In this document: positions 1 to 8,853 of the stretch, in pieces
Numbering within the stretch: position 1 is the first letter of the stretch
Layout of the letters: each line of letters starts with the position of its first letter
NCBI GenBank assembly: GCA_964563165.1
Contig: CAZLWA010000048.1
Span: 10,086-74,085, forward strand
Source: an uncultured Bacteroidota bacterium
Lineage (GTDB): Bacteria; CLD3; SB21
Direction: 5' to 3'
Length of the DNA stretch: 64,000 nucleotides
The notes under the pieces: model-generated
The model's database searches: none
What the model was told of the DNA's origin: nothing
What the model saw: only the letters and a program-made list of their open reading frames with translations
Translations under genes and position numbers: made by a program

Positions 1-254
1 TTTATTTTCCGTGTCTGTAAGAAGGAGAATTTTTGAGAATATTTCAAGTGAATAATTTGGTAACCGGACAGCCGACAACTCACATGCCCAGATACCCATT
101 GAAATGTGAAGTCGCAGGGCTAAAGCCCTGCCCTTTGTCGCCTTGATAACCCCGCACTTAAACGCGGGGTTAATGAATTCACCCTTCCCAAGTTTAGGTG
201 CTTTAGCCCCCCATACTATATTGGCTAGGCCTCGGTCCAGGAAGATATTTAATC

Positions 255-283
255 TTGACTTTTTAGTACAGATTGACTATATT
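255..283 (+). promoter_or_regulatory. Candidate promoter upstream of sufB. TTGACT, 17-bp spacer, TATATT. The -10 region also reads TAtaTTTG, the Bacteroidota-type -7 motif.
   Basis: TTGACT at 255-260 and TATATT at 278-283 are read directly from the sequence, about 30 bp upstream of the sufB start. Confidence 0.4.
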
Positions 284-315
284 TGGCTAGTTTAGAGTAT
301 TAGCCGGAGAAATCT

Positions 316-1770
316 ATGAATACGGAAGTCAGCACGATTGAGCAATTAGCCAATCGTGAGTATAAATACGGTTTCGTGACCGATATTGAAGCGGATTCCG
401 CGCCCAAGGGACTGAACGAAGATACGGTGCGCTTCATTTCAAAGAAAAAAAACGAGCCGGAATTCATGCTCGAATGGCGCCTCAAAGCCTATCGCCACTG
501 GCTGAAAATTCAGGACCAGGGCGAGCCGGCGTGGCAGAATGTCCATTTTCCGAAGATCAACTACCAGGAAAGCATTTACTATTCCGCACCCAAAAAGAAA
601 AAAGAAATTAAAAGCCTTGACGAAGTGGATCCGGAACTTTTGAAAATGTACGAGAAGCTCGGCGTGCCCCTGGTCGAACAGCAGATCATGAGCGGGATAG
701 CCGTGGACGCCGTTTTCGACAGTGTCTCCGTCGCCACCACGTTCAAAAGCAAATTAAAAGAGCTTGGAATTATTTTCTGCTCATTCTCCGAAGCGGTTCA
801 GGAACACCCGGACTTGATCCAAAAATATCTCGGGTCGGTCGTTCCTTATACCGATAATTTTTTTGCCACGCTCAATGCCGCCGTCTTCAGTGACGGATCT
901 TTTTGTTATATTCCCAAAAGCGTACGCTGTCCGATGGAGTTGTCAACCTATTTTCGCATCAATGCGGCCAATACGGGACAATTTGAGCGGACATTGATCA
1001 TCGCCGACGCCGGCGCGTACGTGAGCTATCTCGAAGGATGCACGGCCCCGATGCGCGATGAGAATCAACTGCACGCGGCCGTGGTCGAACTTGTCGCGCT
1101 CGACAACGCGCAGATCAAATATTCCACGATCCAAAACTGGTATCCCGGAGACAAAGAAGGCAAAGGCGGAATTTATAATTTCGTAACAAAGCGCGGCAAA
1201 TGCGCCGGAGTGAATTCAAAAATTTCATGGACCCAGGTGGAGACGGGTTCCTCCATTACCTGGAAATATCCAAGCTGTATTTTGCTGGGCGATAATTCCA
1301 TCGGTGAGTTCTATTCGGTCGCCCTCACCAATCACCGCCAGCAAGCCGACACCGGAACCAAAATGATCCATATCGGGAAAAACACCCGAAGCACGATCGT
1401 CTCAAAAGGGATTTCCGGCGGACACGGACAAAATACATATCGCGGCCTCGTTCGGATCATGAAAAACGCGGAAGGCGCCCGAAATTTTTCGCAGTGCGAC
1501 TCCATGCTGCTCGGCGACAAATGCGGTGCGCACACTTTCCCGTATATCGAAGTGAAAAACAATACGGCGCAGGTCGAACACGAAGCGTCAACGACCAAGA
1601 TCGGCGAAGATCAGATCTTTTATTGCAACCAGCGCGGCATTTCCACCGAGGACGCCGTGAATATGATCGTTAACGGTTTTTGCAAAGAAGTGTTCAAGGA
1701 ATTGCCGATGGAATTTGCCGTCGAAGCGCAAAAATTATTGGGCGTCAGTCTTGAAGGAAGTGTAGGATAA
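316..1770 (+). CDS. sufB: Fe-S cluster assembly protein SufB
   Basis: The 484-aa ORF has the SufB/SufD family signature (strings such as [13 protein letters not shown] and a C-terminal region) and is followed by sufC, sufD and sufS. Confidence 0.9.
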   Translation: MNTEVSTIEQLANREYKYGFVTDIEADSAPKGLNEDTVRFISKKKNEPEFMLEWRLKAYRHWLKIQDQGEPAWQNVHFPKINYQESIYYSAPKKKKEIKSLDEVDPELLKMYEKLGVPLVEQQIMSGIAVDAVFDSVSVATTFKSKLKELGIIFCSFSEAVQEHPDLIQKYLGSVVPYTDNFFATLNAAVFSDGSFCYIPKSVRCPMELSTYFRINAANTGQFERTLIIADAGAYVSYLEGCTAPMRDENQLHAAVVELVALDNAQIKYSTIQNWYPGDKEGKGGIYNFVTKRGKCAGVNSKISWTQVETGSSITWKYPSCILLGDNSIGEFYSVALTNHRQQADTGTKMIHIGKNTRSTIVSKGISGGHGQNTYRGLVRIMKNAEGARNFSQCDSMLLGDKCGAHTFPYIEVKNNTAQVEHEASTTKIGEDQIFYCNQRGISTEDAVNMIVNGFCKEVFKELPMEFAVEAQKLLGVSLEGSVG

Positions 1771-1775
1771 ACGCA

Positions 1776-2810
1776 ATGAATGAATTTATGAATGTCTGGT
1801 TTGATTGGCTTTTCGGGTATGCTTTCGTCATTCTGACCATCGCAGGTTTTTCCGTCCTTATCATCAAAACCTTCACGATCAAAGAAAGATCAAAGCGGTG
1901 GATCGTGATCGCGGGTGTTTTCGTTGCGCTGAACGCCGCATTCATTTATTATTACCATTATCAAACTTCCCGGATCGGCTATGTCACGAAGATCACCGTT
2001 GCGGATGATTTTATGTTCGTCGAAGGCGTTTTGACGAGTACAGGTTATCAGGAAAGCAAGGGGAGCGCGAGCAGATATCGTGAAGATATATCAACAACGA
2101 CCCATTCCCAAAAGATATTTGTATTCGACAAGCGAAACGGAAAGATCCTCAAACGGATCGAAGATTACCAGGTCGCTCACCATTCTGATCATCGTGCGTT
2201 TCTTGTTCCGACAAACGGAACGAAGTCCTATTCCGTCCTCAATTGCCGCACGCTTGGATTTGACCGGTTCTTCAACTCCGACGAATTGATAGCGGAACTG
2301 CCCGAATATTCAGGCCGGATCGACAAGATATCGTATGACCGTACCTGGATCTTGAAACCCGATGTTTCAACATCGGGCTGGAAACCGGCCATGCCTTATT
2401 TTCAGGTTACCCTGGACGATGGAAGTCAATTCTATTATGACGTCCTGACCGGCAAGACAACGGAATGGTCTAAACCCGGCCCATTGAGTCCGTTGTACGC
2501 TTTCCACCCAAAAATATCCGAGTACGAAGACTTTACGGTAGACTCATCGGACGCACTGGTACTGATGGCGGTCAAAAAACGACAATCGAAGAATGGCTTT
2601 GTACTTTATGGAAAATCACCAAAGGGTCCTAAAAAGTGGACATTAACCGCAGATCAGATCGATTCAAAAATCAATGAAGACGCCTACTTTTTTAGCGAAA
2701 ACCCCGGCACCTATATGGTTGATGAAAATTGTTTGTATTTTTTTACGGAACGCCATGCCGTTTCAGTTGACATTAACAGCGGGAAGCTGCTGTGGGTTGA
2801 GAAAATTTAA
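1776..2810 (+). CDS. Hypothetical membrane-anchored protein inserted between sufB and sufC. It has 2 N-terminal TM helices and a soluble domain with a possible PQQ-like beta-propeller repeat near the C-terminus.
   Basis: The 344-aa ORF sits 5 bp after the sufB stop. Its N-terminus has hydrophobic helices (AFVILTIAGFSVLIIKTF, WIVIAGVFVALNAAFIYYY). The C-terminus ends SGKLLWVEKI. No recognisable catalytic family. Confidence 0.6.
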   Translation: MNEFMNVWFDWLFGYAFVILTIAGFSVLIIKTFTIKERSKRWIVIAGVFVALNAAFIYYYHYQTSRIGYVTKITVADDFMFVEGVLTSTGYQESKGSASRYREDISTTTHSQKIFVFDKRNGKILKRIEDYQVAHHSDHRAFLVPTNGTKSYSVLNCRTLGFDRFFNSDELIAELPEYSGRIDKISYDRTWILKPDVSTSGWKPAMPYFQVTLDDGSQFYYDVLTGKTTEWSKPGPLSPLYAFHPKISEYEDFTVDSSDALVLMAVKKRQSKNGFVLYGKSPKGPKKWTLTADQIDSKINEDAYFFSENPGTYMVDENCLYFFTERHAVSVDINSGKLLWVEKI

Positions 2811-2837
2811 ACTATTTAATTTAATGTTAGGATTCTC

Positions 2838-3596
2838 ATGTTAGAAATTAAGAACCTGCACGCGTCTATTAACGGTAATGAAATTCTTCACGGAATTAAT
2901 CTGAAAGTCAACGCCGGCGAAGTCCATGCGATCATGGGCCCGAACGGATCTGGAAAAAGCACGCTTGCCCAGATCATTGCCGGACGTGAAGCGTATGATA
3001 TCACCCGGGGTGAAATTATTTATAACGGAAAAGACCTGATGGAATTATCTCCGGAAGACCGCGCCTGCGAAGGCGTTTTTCTCGCGTTCCAGTATCCGGT
3101 GGAAATTCCCGGCGTCAACAACACCTATTTCCTGAAAACCGCTTTGAATGCGCTTCGCAAATACCGGGGCGAAGAACCGCTGGACGCGATGGATTTCCTG
3201 ACGCTGGTCAAACAAAAGATCAAACTGATCGACATGGACGAGGACTTACTGAAGCGCCCGGTCAATGAAGGTTTTTCAGGCGGCGAGAAAAAACGCAATG
3301 AAATTTTTCAAATGGCCGTTTTGAACCCGAAACTCGCCGTATTGGACGAAACCGATTCCGGACTCGATATCGACGCTCTTAAGATCGTGTCGAATGGCGT
3401 TAACAAATTCCGGTCAAAGGATAATGGAGTCATCGTGGTCACCCATTATCAGCGCTTGTTGAATTATATTGTCCCGGATTTCGTGCATGTATTGGTGGAC
3501 GGACAGATCGTTAAGTCCGGCGGAAAAGAACTCGCATTGGAACTCGAAGAAAAAGGATATGACTGGACACGCGAAGCAACGGGAGCGACGGCATGA
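2838..3596 (+). CDS. sufC: Fe-S cluster assembly ATPase SufC
   Basis: Walker A motif GPNGSGKST, an ABC signature FSGGEKKR and Walker B LDETDSGLD. The gene overlaps sufD by 4 bp. Confidence 0.92.
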   Translation: MLEIKNLHASINGNEILHGINLKVNAGEVHAIMGPNGSGKSTLAQIIAGREAYDITRGEIIYNGKDLMELSPEDRACEGVFLAFQYPVEIPGVNNTYFLKTALNALRKYRGEEPLDAMDFLTLVKQKIKLIDMDEDLLKRPVNEGFSGGEKKRNEIFQMAVLNPKLAVLDETDSGLDIDALKIVSNGVNKFRSKDNGVIVVTHYQRLLNYIVPDFVHVLVDGQIVKSGGKELALELEEKGYDWTREATGATA

Positions 3597-4903
3597 CGAC
3601 GTATTCGGAAAGAAAAACCTGGTATATCGACCAGTTCAACAAATTCGAGAAAGGCCTCAACGGCCAGCGCACGTCCCCCCTTCATGCGATCCGAAAGCAG
3701 GCGATCGAACAATTTGCCGCGCTGAATTTTCCGGCCGGCGGCAATGAAGATTGGAAGTATACCAATATCGAACCGTTTTTCAAGCATGCGTTTGAGCCGG
3801 CGCCGGCTTATTCCAATGGAAGTCTCTCCCCCGGCAGGATCGAATCGTTTGGTGGATTGTCCTCCATACGGCTGGTGTTCATTGACGGCTGTTTCGCCGA
3901 AGAATTATCGTCTCCGCTCCCGGCGCATTTTAAACTGAGCAATATTTCCGCCGCGTTCCCGACGCACGCGGACCTGATCCGGTCGCAGCTTCAAAATCAT
4001 CTGCAGTCGAACGATAATATTTTTATTTCTCTCAATTCCGCTTTCCTGATGAACGGCGCGTTCATTGAAATTCCGGACGGCATGACCGTGGAAGAGCCAA
4101 TTCATTTACTTTTCATCCATGCGTCAAAAGAAAAAGCGGTTCTTTCTCAGCCGTGCAATTTGATCGTTGCCGGAAAAAACTCCCGGGCCACTATCGTTGA
4201 AACGTATGTCAGCATGGACGACTCGGTCGCGTTCACCAATACGCTGACCTTAATTTCAGCCGGGGACGATTCGGCCATCGATTATGTAAAATTGCAAAAT
4301 GAAAATAATAAGACTTATCATATCGATACGACGCTTCTCGATCTCCGGCGCAACACCCGTTTCATGTCCACGGCCGTTACCTTCGGCGGCGCGCTGACGC
4401 GAAATCTGATCCGGGCGAATTTGAACGCCGAAGGCATTGAGTGTACGCTCAACGGATTGTATCTGACGCAGGACGAACAGCACACGGACAATCGTACGGT
4501 CATCCATCATGCCAAGCCGCATTGCAACAGCCACGAACTTTATAAGGGTATCCTCGACGGAAAGTCCACCGGCGTTTTCAACGGCAAGATCATCGTTCAT
4601 CCCGACGCTCAAAAAACGGATGCGAAACAATCGAATAAGAATCTGCTCTTGTCCAAAGACGCCGCGATCAATACCAAACCGCAGCTGGAAATTTTTGCCG
4701 ACGATGTGAAATGCACGCACGGCGCAACCATCGGGCGCCTGGATGAGGAAAGCTTGTTTTACCTGCGCACCCGCGGCATCGGCATGGAAAATGCCCAACA
4801 TATGCTGACCTATGCGTTTGCAGGTGAAGTTGTAAGTAAAATAAACTGCGAACCGGTCAAAGCTAATTTGGACAAATTGTTATTAGCCCGGCTGGAGCAT
4901 TAA
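3593..4903 (+). CDS. sufD: Fe-S cluster assembly protein SufD
   Basis: 436-aa SufB/SufD-family paralog immediately after sufC. Confidence 0.85.
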   Translation: MTTYSERKTWYIDQFNKFEKGLNGQRTSPLHAIRKQAIEQFAALNFPAGGNEDWKYTNIEPFFKHAFEPAPAYSNGSLSPGRIESFGGLSSIRLVFIDGCFAEELSSPLPAHFKLSNISAAFPTHADLIRSQLQNHLQSNDNIFISLNSAFLMNGAFIEIPDGMTVEEPIHLLFIHASKEKAVLSQPCNLIVAGKNSRATIVETYVSMDDSVAFTNTLTLISAGDDSAIDYVKLQNENNKTYHIDTTLLDLRRNTRFMSTAVTFGGALTRNLIRANLNAEGIECTLNGLYLTQDEQHTDNRTVIHHAKPHCNSHELYKGILDGKSTGVFNGKIIVHPDAQKTDAKQSNKNLLLSKDAAINTKPQLEIFADDVKCTHGATIGRLDEESLFYLRTRGIGMENAQHMLTYAFAGEVVSKINCEPVKANLDKLLLARLEH

Positions 4904-4915
4904 ATTCAAAATCAT

Positions 4916-6175
4916 ATGAGCGTCGCTGAAAAAATAAATATTGAAAAAACGGTTCCTGCCCTGAACGTGGATAAGATCCGGGAAGATTTTCAGATCCTCA
5001 AGGAACTCATTCACGGAAAACCCCTGGTCTATCTCGACAGTGCGAACACCAGTCAGAAACCGCGTTTTGTCATCGATACGATTACGAATTATTACAGCCA
5101 TCAAAATGCCAACATCCATCGCGGTACGCATTATCTCAGCCAGCTTGCGACGTTTGAATATGAGAAAGCGCGCGGTAAAGTGCGGCAATTCATTAATGCC
5201 AAGGACAATAAAGAAATTATTTTCGTACGCGGAACGACCGAAGGCATCAATCTCGTTGCGCATTCTTACGGACGTCAACACATCGGCAAAGGTGATGAAA
5301 TCATCCTGTCGGCGATGGAACATCATTCCAATATCGTTCCATGGCAATTGCTGTGCGAGAGCACGGGCGCCAAACTTCGTATCATACCGATGAACCGGAA
5401 CGGCGAATTGATCCTTGAAGAATATGTCAAACTGCTCAATCCGAAGACCAAGTTCGTTTCGGTCATGCACATTTCCAACGCTTTGGGAACCGTCAATCCG
5501 GTCAAAGAGATCATACGCCTTGCCCATGAACGAAACGCTCCAGTACTGGTGGACGCCGCACAATCCGTTCCTCATACTGCTGTAGATGTGTGCGATCTCG
5601 ACTGTGATTTTCTGGTTTTCTCCGGACATAAGATGTACGGTCCTACCGGCATCGGCGTCTTATACGGAAAACAGAATCTGTTGGAAAGCATGCCGCCGTT
5701 TCTGGGCGGCGGGGATATGATTCGTTCTGTCACCTTTGAAAGAACAACGTACGCCGATCTGCCGAATAAGTTCGAAGCCGGTACCCCGCATATTTCTGGA
5801 GCCATCGGGCTCGGCGCCGCCGTCGATTACATTAACAGAATCGGTATGAGCGCTATCGCGCAGCACGAGCATGAATTGCTCGAATATGCGGCCGAACAAT
5901 TATCCTCTATAAAAAGATTAAGAATTATCGGCACGGCCGCGCAGAAAGCCGGGGCGATTTCATTCGTATTGGACAACGTGCATCCGCATGATGTGGGCAC
6001 GCTTCTGGATGCGGAAGGCGTTGCGATACGAACCGGCCATCATTGCGCCCAGCCCGTGATGCAATTCTATAACGTTCCGGCCACGTCGCGCGCTTCCTTC
6101 GCATGCTACAACACCAAAGAAGAAATCGACGCATTGGTGAAGGGTTTGTACAAAGTCATCGAGGTGTTTAAATAA
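4916..6175 (+). CDS. sufS: Cysteine desulfurase SufS
   Basis: 419-aa class V aminotransferase. PLP-lysine motif SGHKMYGPTGIGVLYG and active-site Cys in RTGHHCAQP. Confidence 0.9.
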   Translation: MSVAEKINIEKTVPALNVDKIREDFQILKELIHGKPLVYLDSANTSQKPRFVIDTITNYYSHQNANIHRGTHYLSQLATFEYEKARGKVRQFINAKDNKEIIFVRGTTEGINLVAHSYGRQHIGKGDEIILSAMEHHSNIVPWQLLCESTGAKLRIIPMNRNGELILEEYVKLLNPKTKFVSVMHISNALGTVNPVKEIIRLAHERNAPVLVDAAQSVPHTAVDVCDLDCDFLVFSGHKMYGPTGIGVLYGKQNLLESMPPFLGGGDMIRSVTFERTTYADLPNKFEAGTPHISGAIGLGAAVDYINRIGMSAIAQHEHELLEYAAEQLSSIKRLRIIGTAAQKAGAISFVLDNVHPHDVGTLLDAEGVAIRTGHHCAQPVMQFYNVPATSRASFACYNTKEEIDALVKGLYKVIEVFK

Positions 6176-6627
6176 TGTCCGACATCAGCGAGCTGTATCA
6201 AGAGATCATTCTGGATCATAACAAGAATCCACAGAATTTTCATAAGATGGAAGATCCGACGTGCATGCAGGAAGGATTCAATCCGCTGTGCGGGGATCAT
6301 CTCTATCTCTATGTGAAATTGGACAACGGGATCATCCGGGATATCAGTTTCGAAGGCAGCGGCTGCGCGATCTCCAAATCTTCCGCTTCGCTGATGACCT
6401 CGATCTTAAAAGGCAAAACCGTCACTGAAGCTGATTCGATGTTTGAAAAATTCCATAAACTCGTGACTGCTTCGATGGATGAACCGCAGGAGCTTGAAAC
6501 ATTGGGAAAATTAGCGGTGTTTGCCGGTGTACGGGAATTTCCCGTGCGCGTGAAATGCGCAAGCCTCGCATGGCACACGCTCCATGCGGCCTTGCATCAT
6601 GAATCAAAACCGGTTTCGACCGAATAA
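6175..6627 (+). CDS. sufU: SUF-system NifU-family scaffold (SufU-like)
   Basis: 150 aa with conserved Cys in NPLCGD, GSGCAISKSSAS and VKCASLAW. Its start overlaps the sufS stop. Confidence 0.85.
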   Translation: MSDISELYQEIILDHNKNPQNFHKMEDPTCMQEGFNPLCGDHLYLYVKLDNGIIRDISFEGSGCAISKSSASLMTSILKGKTVTEADSMFEKFHKLVTASMDEPQELETLGKLAVFAGVREFPVRVKCASLAWHTLHAALHHESKPVSTE

Positions 6628-6671
6628 ATTCTTTTCCCGCAAAACACGCGAAAGGACGCGAAAAATATTTT

Positions 6672-7004
6672 ATGGACATGAATGAAAATCTAGAAATGCC
6701 CTCAGGAATGGAAATGCAGGTTATTGAAGCGCTGCGCACGTGCTTCGATCCCGAAATTCCGGTGAACATTTACGAATTAGGGCTTATCTATGAAGTGAAA
6801 GTAGATCCCAGCGGCTCCGCGTTCGTTAAAATGACATTGACTTCCCCGATGTGCCCGGTGGCCGAATCTCTGCCTCCGGATGTTGAGAACAAAGTCAAGG
6901 CGATCCCCGGGATCATCAATGCCAAAGTGGAAGTGGTTTGGGAACCGGCGTGGAATCCCGGCATGATGTCTGAAGCAGCTAAATTGGAATTAGGAATGAT
7001 GTAA
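6672..7004 (+). CDS. sufT: DUF59 (MIP18/SufT-like) Fe-S assembly protein
   Basis: 110 aa with the DUF59 signature (DPEIPVNIYELGLIY, TSPMCP) at the end of the suf operon. Confidence 0.75.
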   Translation: MDMNENLEMPSGMEMQVIEALRTCFDPEIPVNIYELGLIYEVKVDPSGSAFVKMTLTSPMCPVAESLPPDVENKVKAIPGIINAKVEVVWEPAWNPGMMSEAAKLELGMM

Positions 7005-7033
7005 CTTATACCAAAGGCCCGATGTTAAAGAGC

Positions 7034-7058
7034 CTTCGTGTCTTGGTGCCTTAGTGGC
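7034..7058. repeat. Family-2 CACGAAG-type repeat, solo half-copy (CCTTCGTGTCTTGGTGCCTTAGTGGC)
   Basis: The same octamer-based motif recurs at 7817-7887, 24421-24502, 41911-41952, 56211-56246 and 63477-63614. Confidence 0.7.
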
Positions 7059-7539
7059 GAAAGTGAATTTTATGAAATTCAGTAATCAGGAAGAATTCGG
7101 CGTACGGTGCCTTTTGCAGATTGTCAAACACGGAACTCCCAAAGGTATGACCATTCCGGAGATCAGTCAGGCCGAAGGTCTATCCGAGGCCAATACGGCC
7201 AAGCTTTTACGGATATTGCGAATGGGCGGATTCATCGAAAGTTCCCGAGGCCAGGAAGGCGGGTATCACTTAACGCATCCGGCCAGTGAAATTCTTATTG
7301 CCGATGTGCTTGCGGTTTTAGGCGGCAAATTGTTTGAGGACGATTTTTGCGACAAACATTCGGGGTTCGAAGATACATGTTATCATTCCACGGATTGTTC
7401 GATCCGGCATTTGTGGCAAACGGTTCAAACTCGCATCGATGATGTTCTTTCCGGGATCACGCTTCAAGACCTGGTCGGCCCGGCATCCGCGACCCCGGTA
7501 CAAATTTCTATGCGCTCCATTTCTCCCCTATCCAATTAA
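7054..7539 (+). CDS. Rrf2-family transcriptional regulator with a Cys cluster (IscR/SufR-like). The true start is probably ATG at 7072.
   Basis: Helix-turn-helix of the Rrf2 family and Cys residues in CDKHSGFEDTCYHSTDCS. It sits directly downstream of the suf operon. The first 6 codons of the tracked ORF overlap the repeat. Confidence 0.8.
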   Translation: MAKVNFMKFSNQEEFGVRCLLQIVKHGTPKGMTIPEISQAEGLSEANTAKLLRILRMGGFIESSRGQEGGYHLTHPASEILIADVLAVLGGKLFEDDFCDKHSGFEDTCYHSTDCSIRHLWQTVQTRIDDVLSGITLQDLVGPASATPVQISMRSISPLSN

Positions 7540-7552
7540 CTATCTTTCTTGT

Positions 7553-7807
7553 TTACGATTTTTTTCTTCCATTTTCCAAACCTTTCAGTAAAGCCGCCAA
7601 CGCGACGAGCGTCCATACCGCTTCCAGGATAACAAATGGAATGTAATCAATGAGCACGGAGGCGTAGCATGACAATCCTGCCCCAAACACATTCAGCGAA
7701 ATATAAATTAAACTTTCCTGCGTGAGTTTCTTGAACAGATTCAGTACAAATGCGATCAGCAAAAGCCCTACACCGACCGAACCGATGATTATTTGATAAT
7801 TTAACAT
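7553..7807 (-). CDS. Small membrane protein, 2 TM
   Basis: 84-aa hydrophobic ORF. Confidence 0.5.
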   Translation of the reverse strand: MLNYQIIIGSVGVGLLLIAFVLNLFKKLTQESLIYISLNVFGAGLSCYASVLIDYIPFVILEAVWTLVALAALLKGLENGRKKS

Positions 7808-7816
7808 CTTTGTTTC

Positions 7817-7887
7817 GCCACCAAGTCACCAAGACACAAAGAGTATTTTGCTTCTTGTTTTCCTTCGTGTCTTGGTGCCTTCGTGGC
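7817..7887. repeat. Family-2 palindromic element. GCCACCAAGTCACCAAGACACAAAG, about 20 nt, then CCTTCGTGTCTTGGTGCCTTCGTGGC.
   Basis: An imperfect inverted pair that fills the 85-bp gap between two same-strand genes. Confidence 0.75.
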
Positions 7888-7892
7888 ATGTT

Positions 7893-8852
7893 TTAAGAAT
7901 TCAAGAATTCCAGCGCCCGTGTTTCCGACCAATATTCTCCGTTATCACCGGGCATAATGAAACTTGCGTGACCGCCGGATTTCGGGATCTCAAGAAAAAA
8001 ATTCGGATTCGCCTCGGCCTCTTTCGTCGGATAACAAGGCTCATTCAGGAAAGGGTCGTTCCTCGCGTTAACCAAAAGCGCCGGAATAGAAATGGAGTCT
8101 AAAAATTGCTTGCAGCTTGCTTTTTTCCAATAGTCTTCGGCATCGCGAAAACCATGAATGGGCGCGGTGTAGCGGTCATCAAATTCTTTGAATGTCGCAA
8201 CACGTTTAAAATCCTCGTTCGTAATCTCGCCGGGAAACAGTTCGGATTTGACCTTCATTTTTTCACGCAGCATGCGGAAAAACCGGATCATGTAAATTTT
8301 GTTGGAGGGCTGCGCCATTTTTTCGGCTCCGGACTTAAGGTCGCACGGAACGGAAAAACTCACCGCTTTCTTTACCGCAGGGTGAATGCGGTTTCCCCGC
8401 TCGCCAAGATATTTCAAATTCATATTTCCGCCGAGACTGAATCCGATGAGAGCAATGTCCGTGTAAGGGTCCCGGAGCGCGTGTTCAATGACCAAATGCA
8501 GGTCTTCGGTTGCCCCGCTGTGGTACGACTGGGCTTTACGATTCGGTTCGCCGCTGCATCCGCGAAAATTCCACGCCAGCGCATCCCAGCCGCGGCGATT
8601 CAGCGCTTTCACCATGCCCCGCATATACGCCCGCCCGCTGTTGCCTTCCAGGCCGTGCGATAGAATAGCGACACGCTTCGATCCGGTGCGCGACCAATCC
8701 AGGTCCAAAAAATCATCATCGGGTGTCAGAATGCGCTCGCGTTGATAGTGCACGCCTTCGACTTTTCTAAAAAGCGTCGGTACGATCGTTTGCACGTGGC
8801 CGTTCGATAAATAAAACGGCGGCCGATAGGTTGAATACGTGATGATGGGCAA
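7893..8852 (-). CDS. Alpha/beta hydrolase, YheT/ABHD-like
   Basis: 319 aa with nucleophile elbow GFSLGGN and a C-terminal HGFRD region. Confidence 0.8.
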   Translation of the reverse strand: MPIITYSTYRPPFYLSNGHVQTIVPTLFRKVEGVHYQRERILTPDDDFLDLDWSRTGSKRVAILSHGLEGNSGRAYMRGMVKALNRRGWDALAWNFRGCSGEPNRKAQSYHSGATEDLHLVIEHALRDPYTDIALIGFSLGGNMNLKYLGERGNRIHPAVKKAVSFSVPCDLKSGAEKMAQPSNKIYMIRFFRMLREKMKVKSELFPGEITNEDFKRVATFKEFDDRYTAPIHGFRDAEDYWKKASCKQFLDSISIPALLVNARNDPFLNEPCYPTKEAEANPNFFLEIPKSGGHASFIMPGDNGEYWSETRALEFLNS

Positions 8853-8853
8853 T

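Noticed and set aside
8106-8663. A 185-aa plus-strand ORF
   Set aside because: It is entirely antisense within the well-supported alpha/beta hydrolase gene and has no features of its own.
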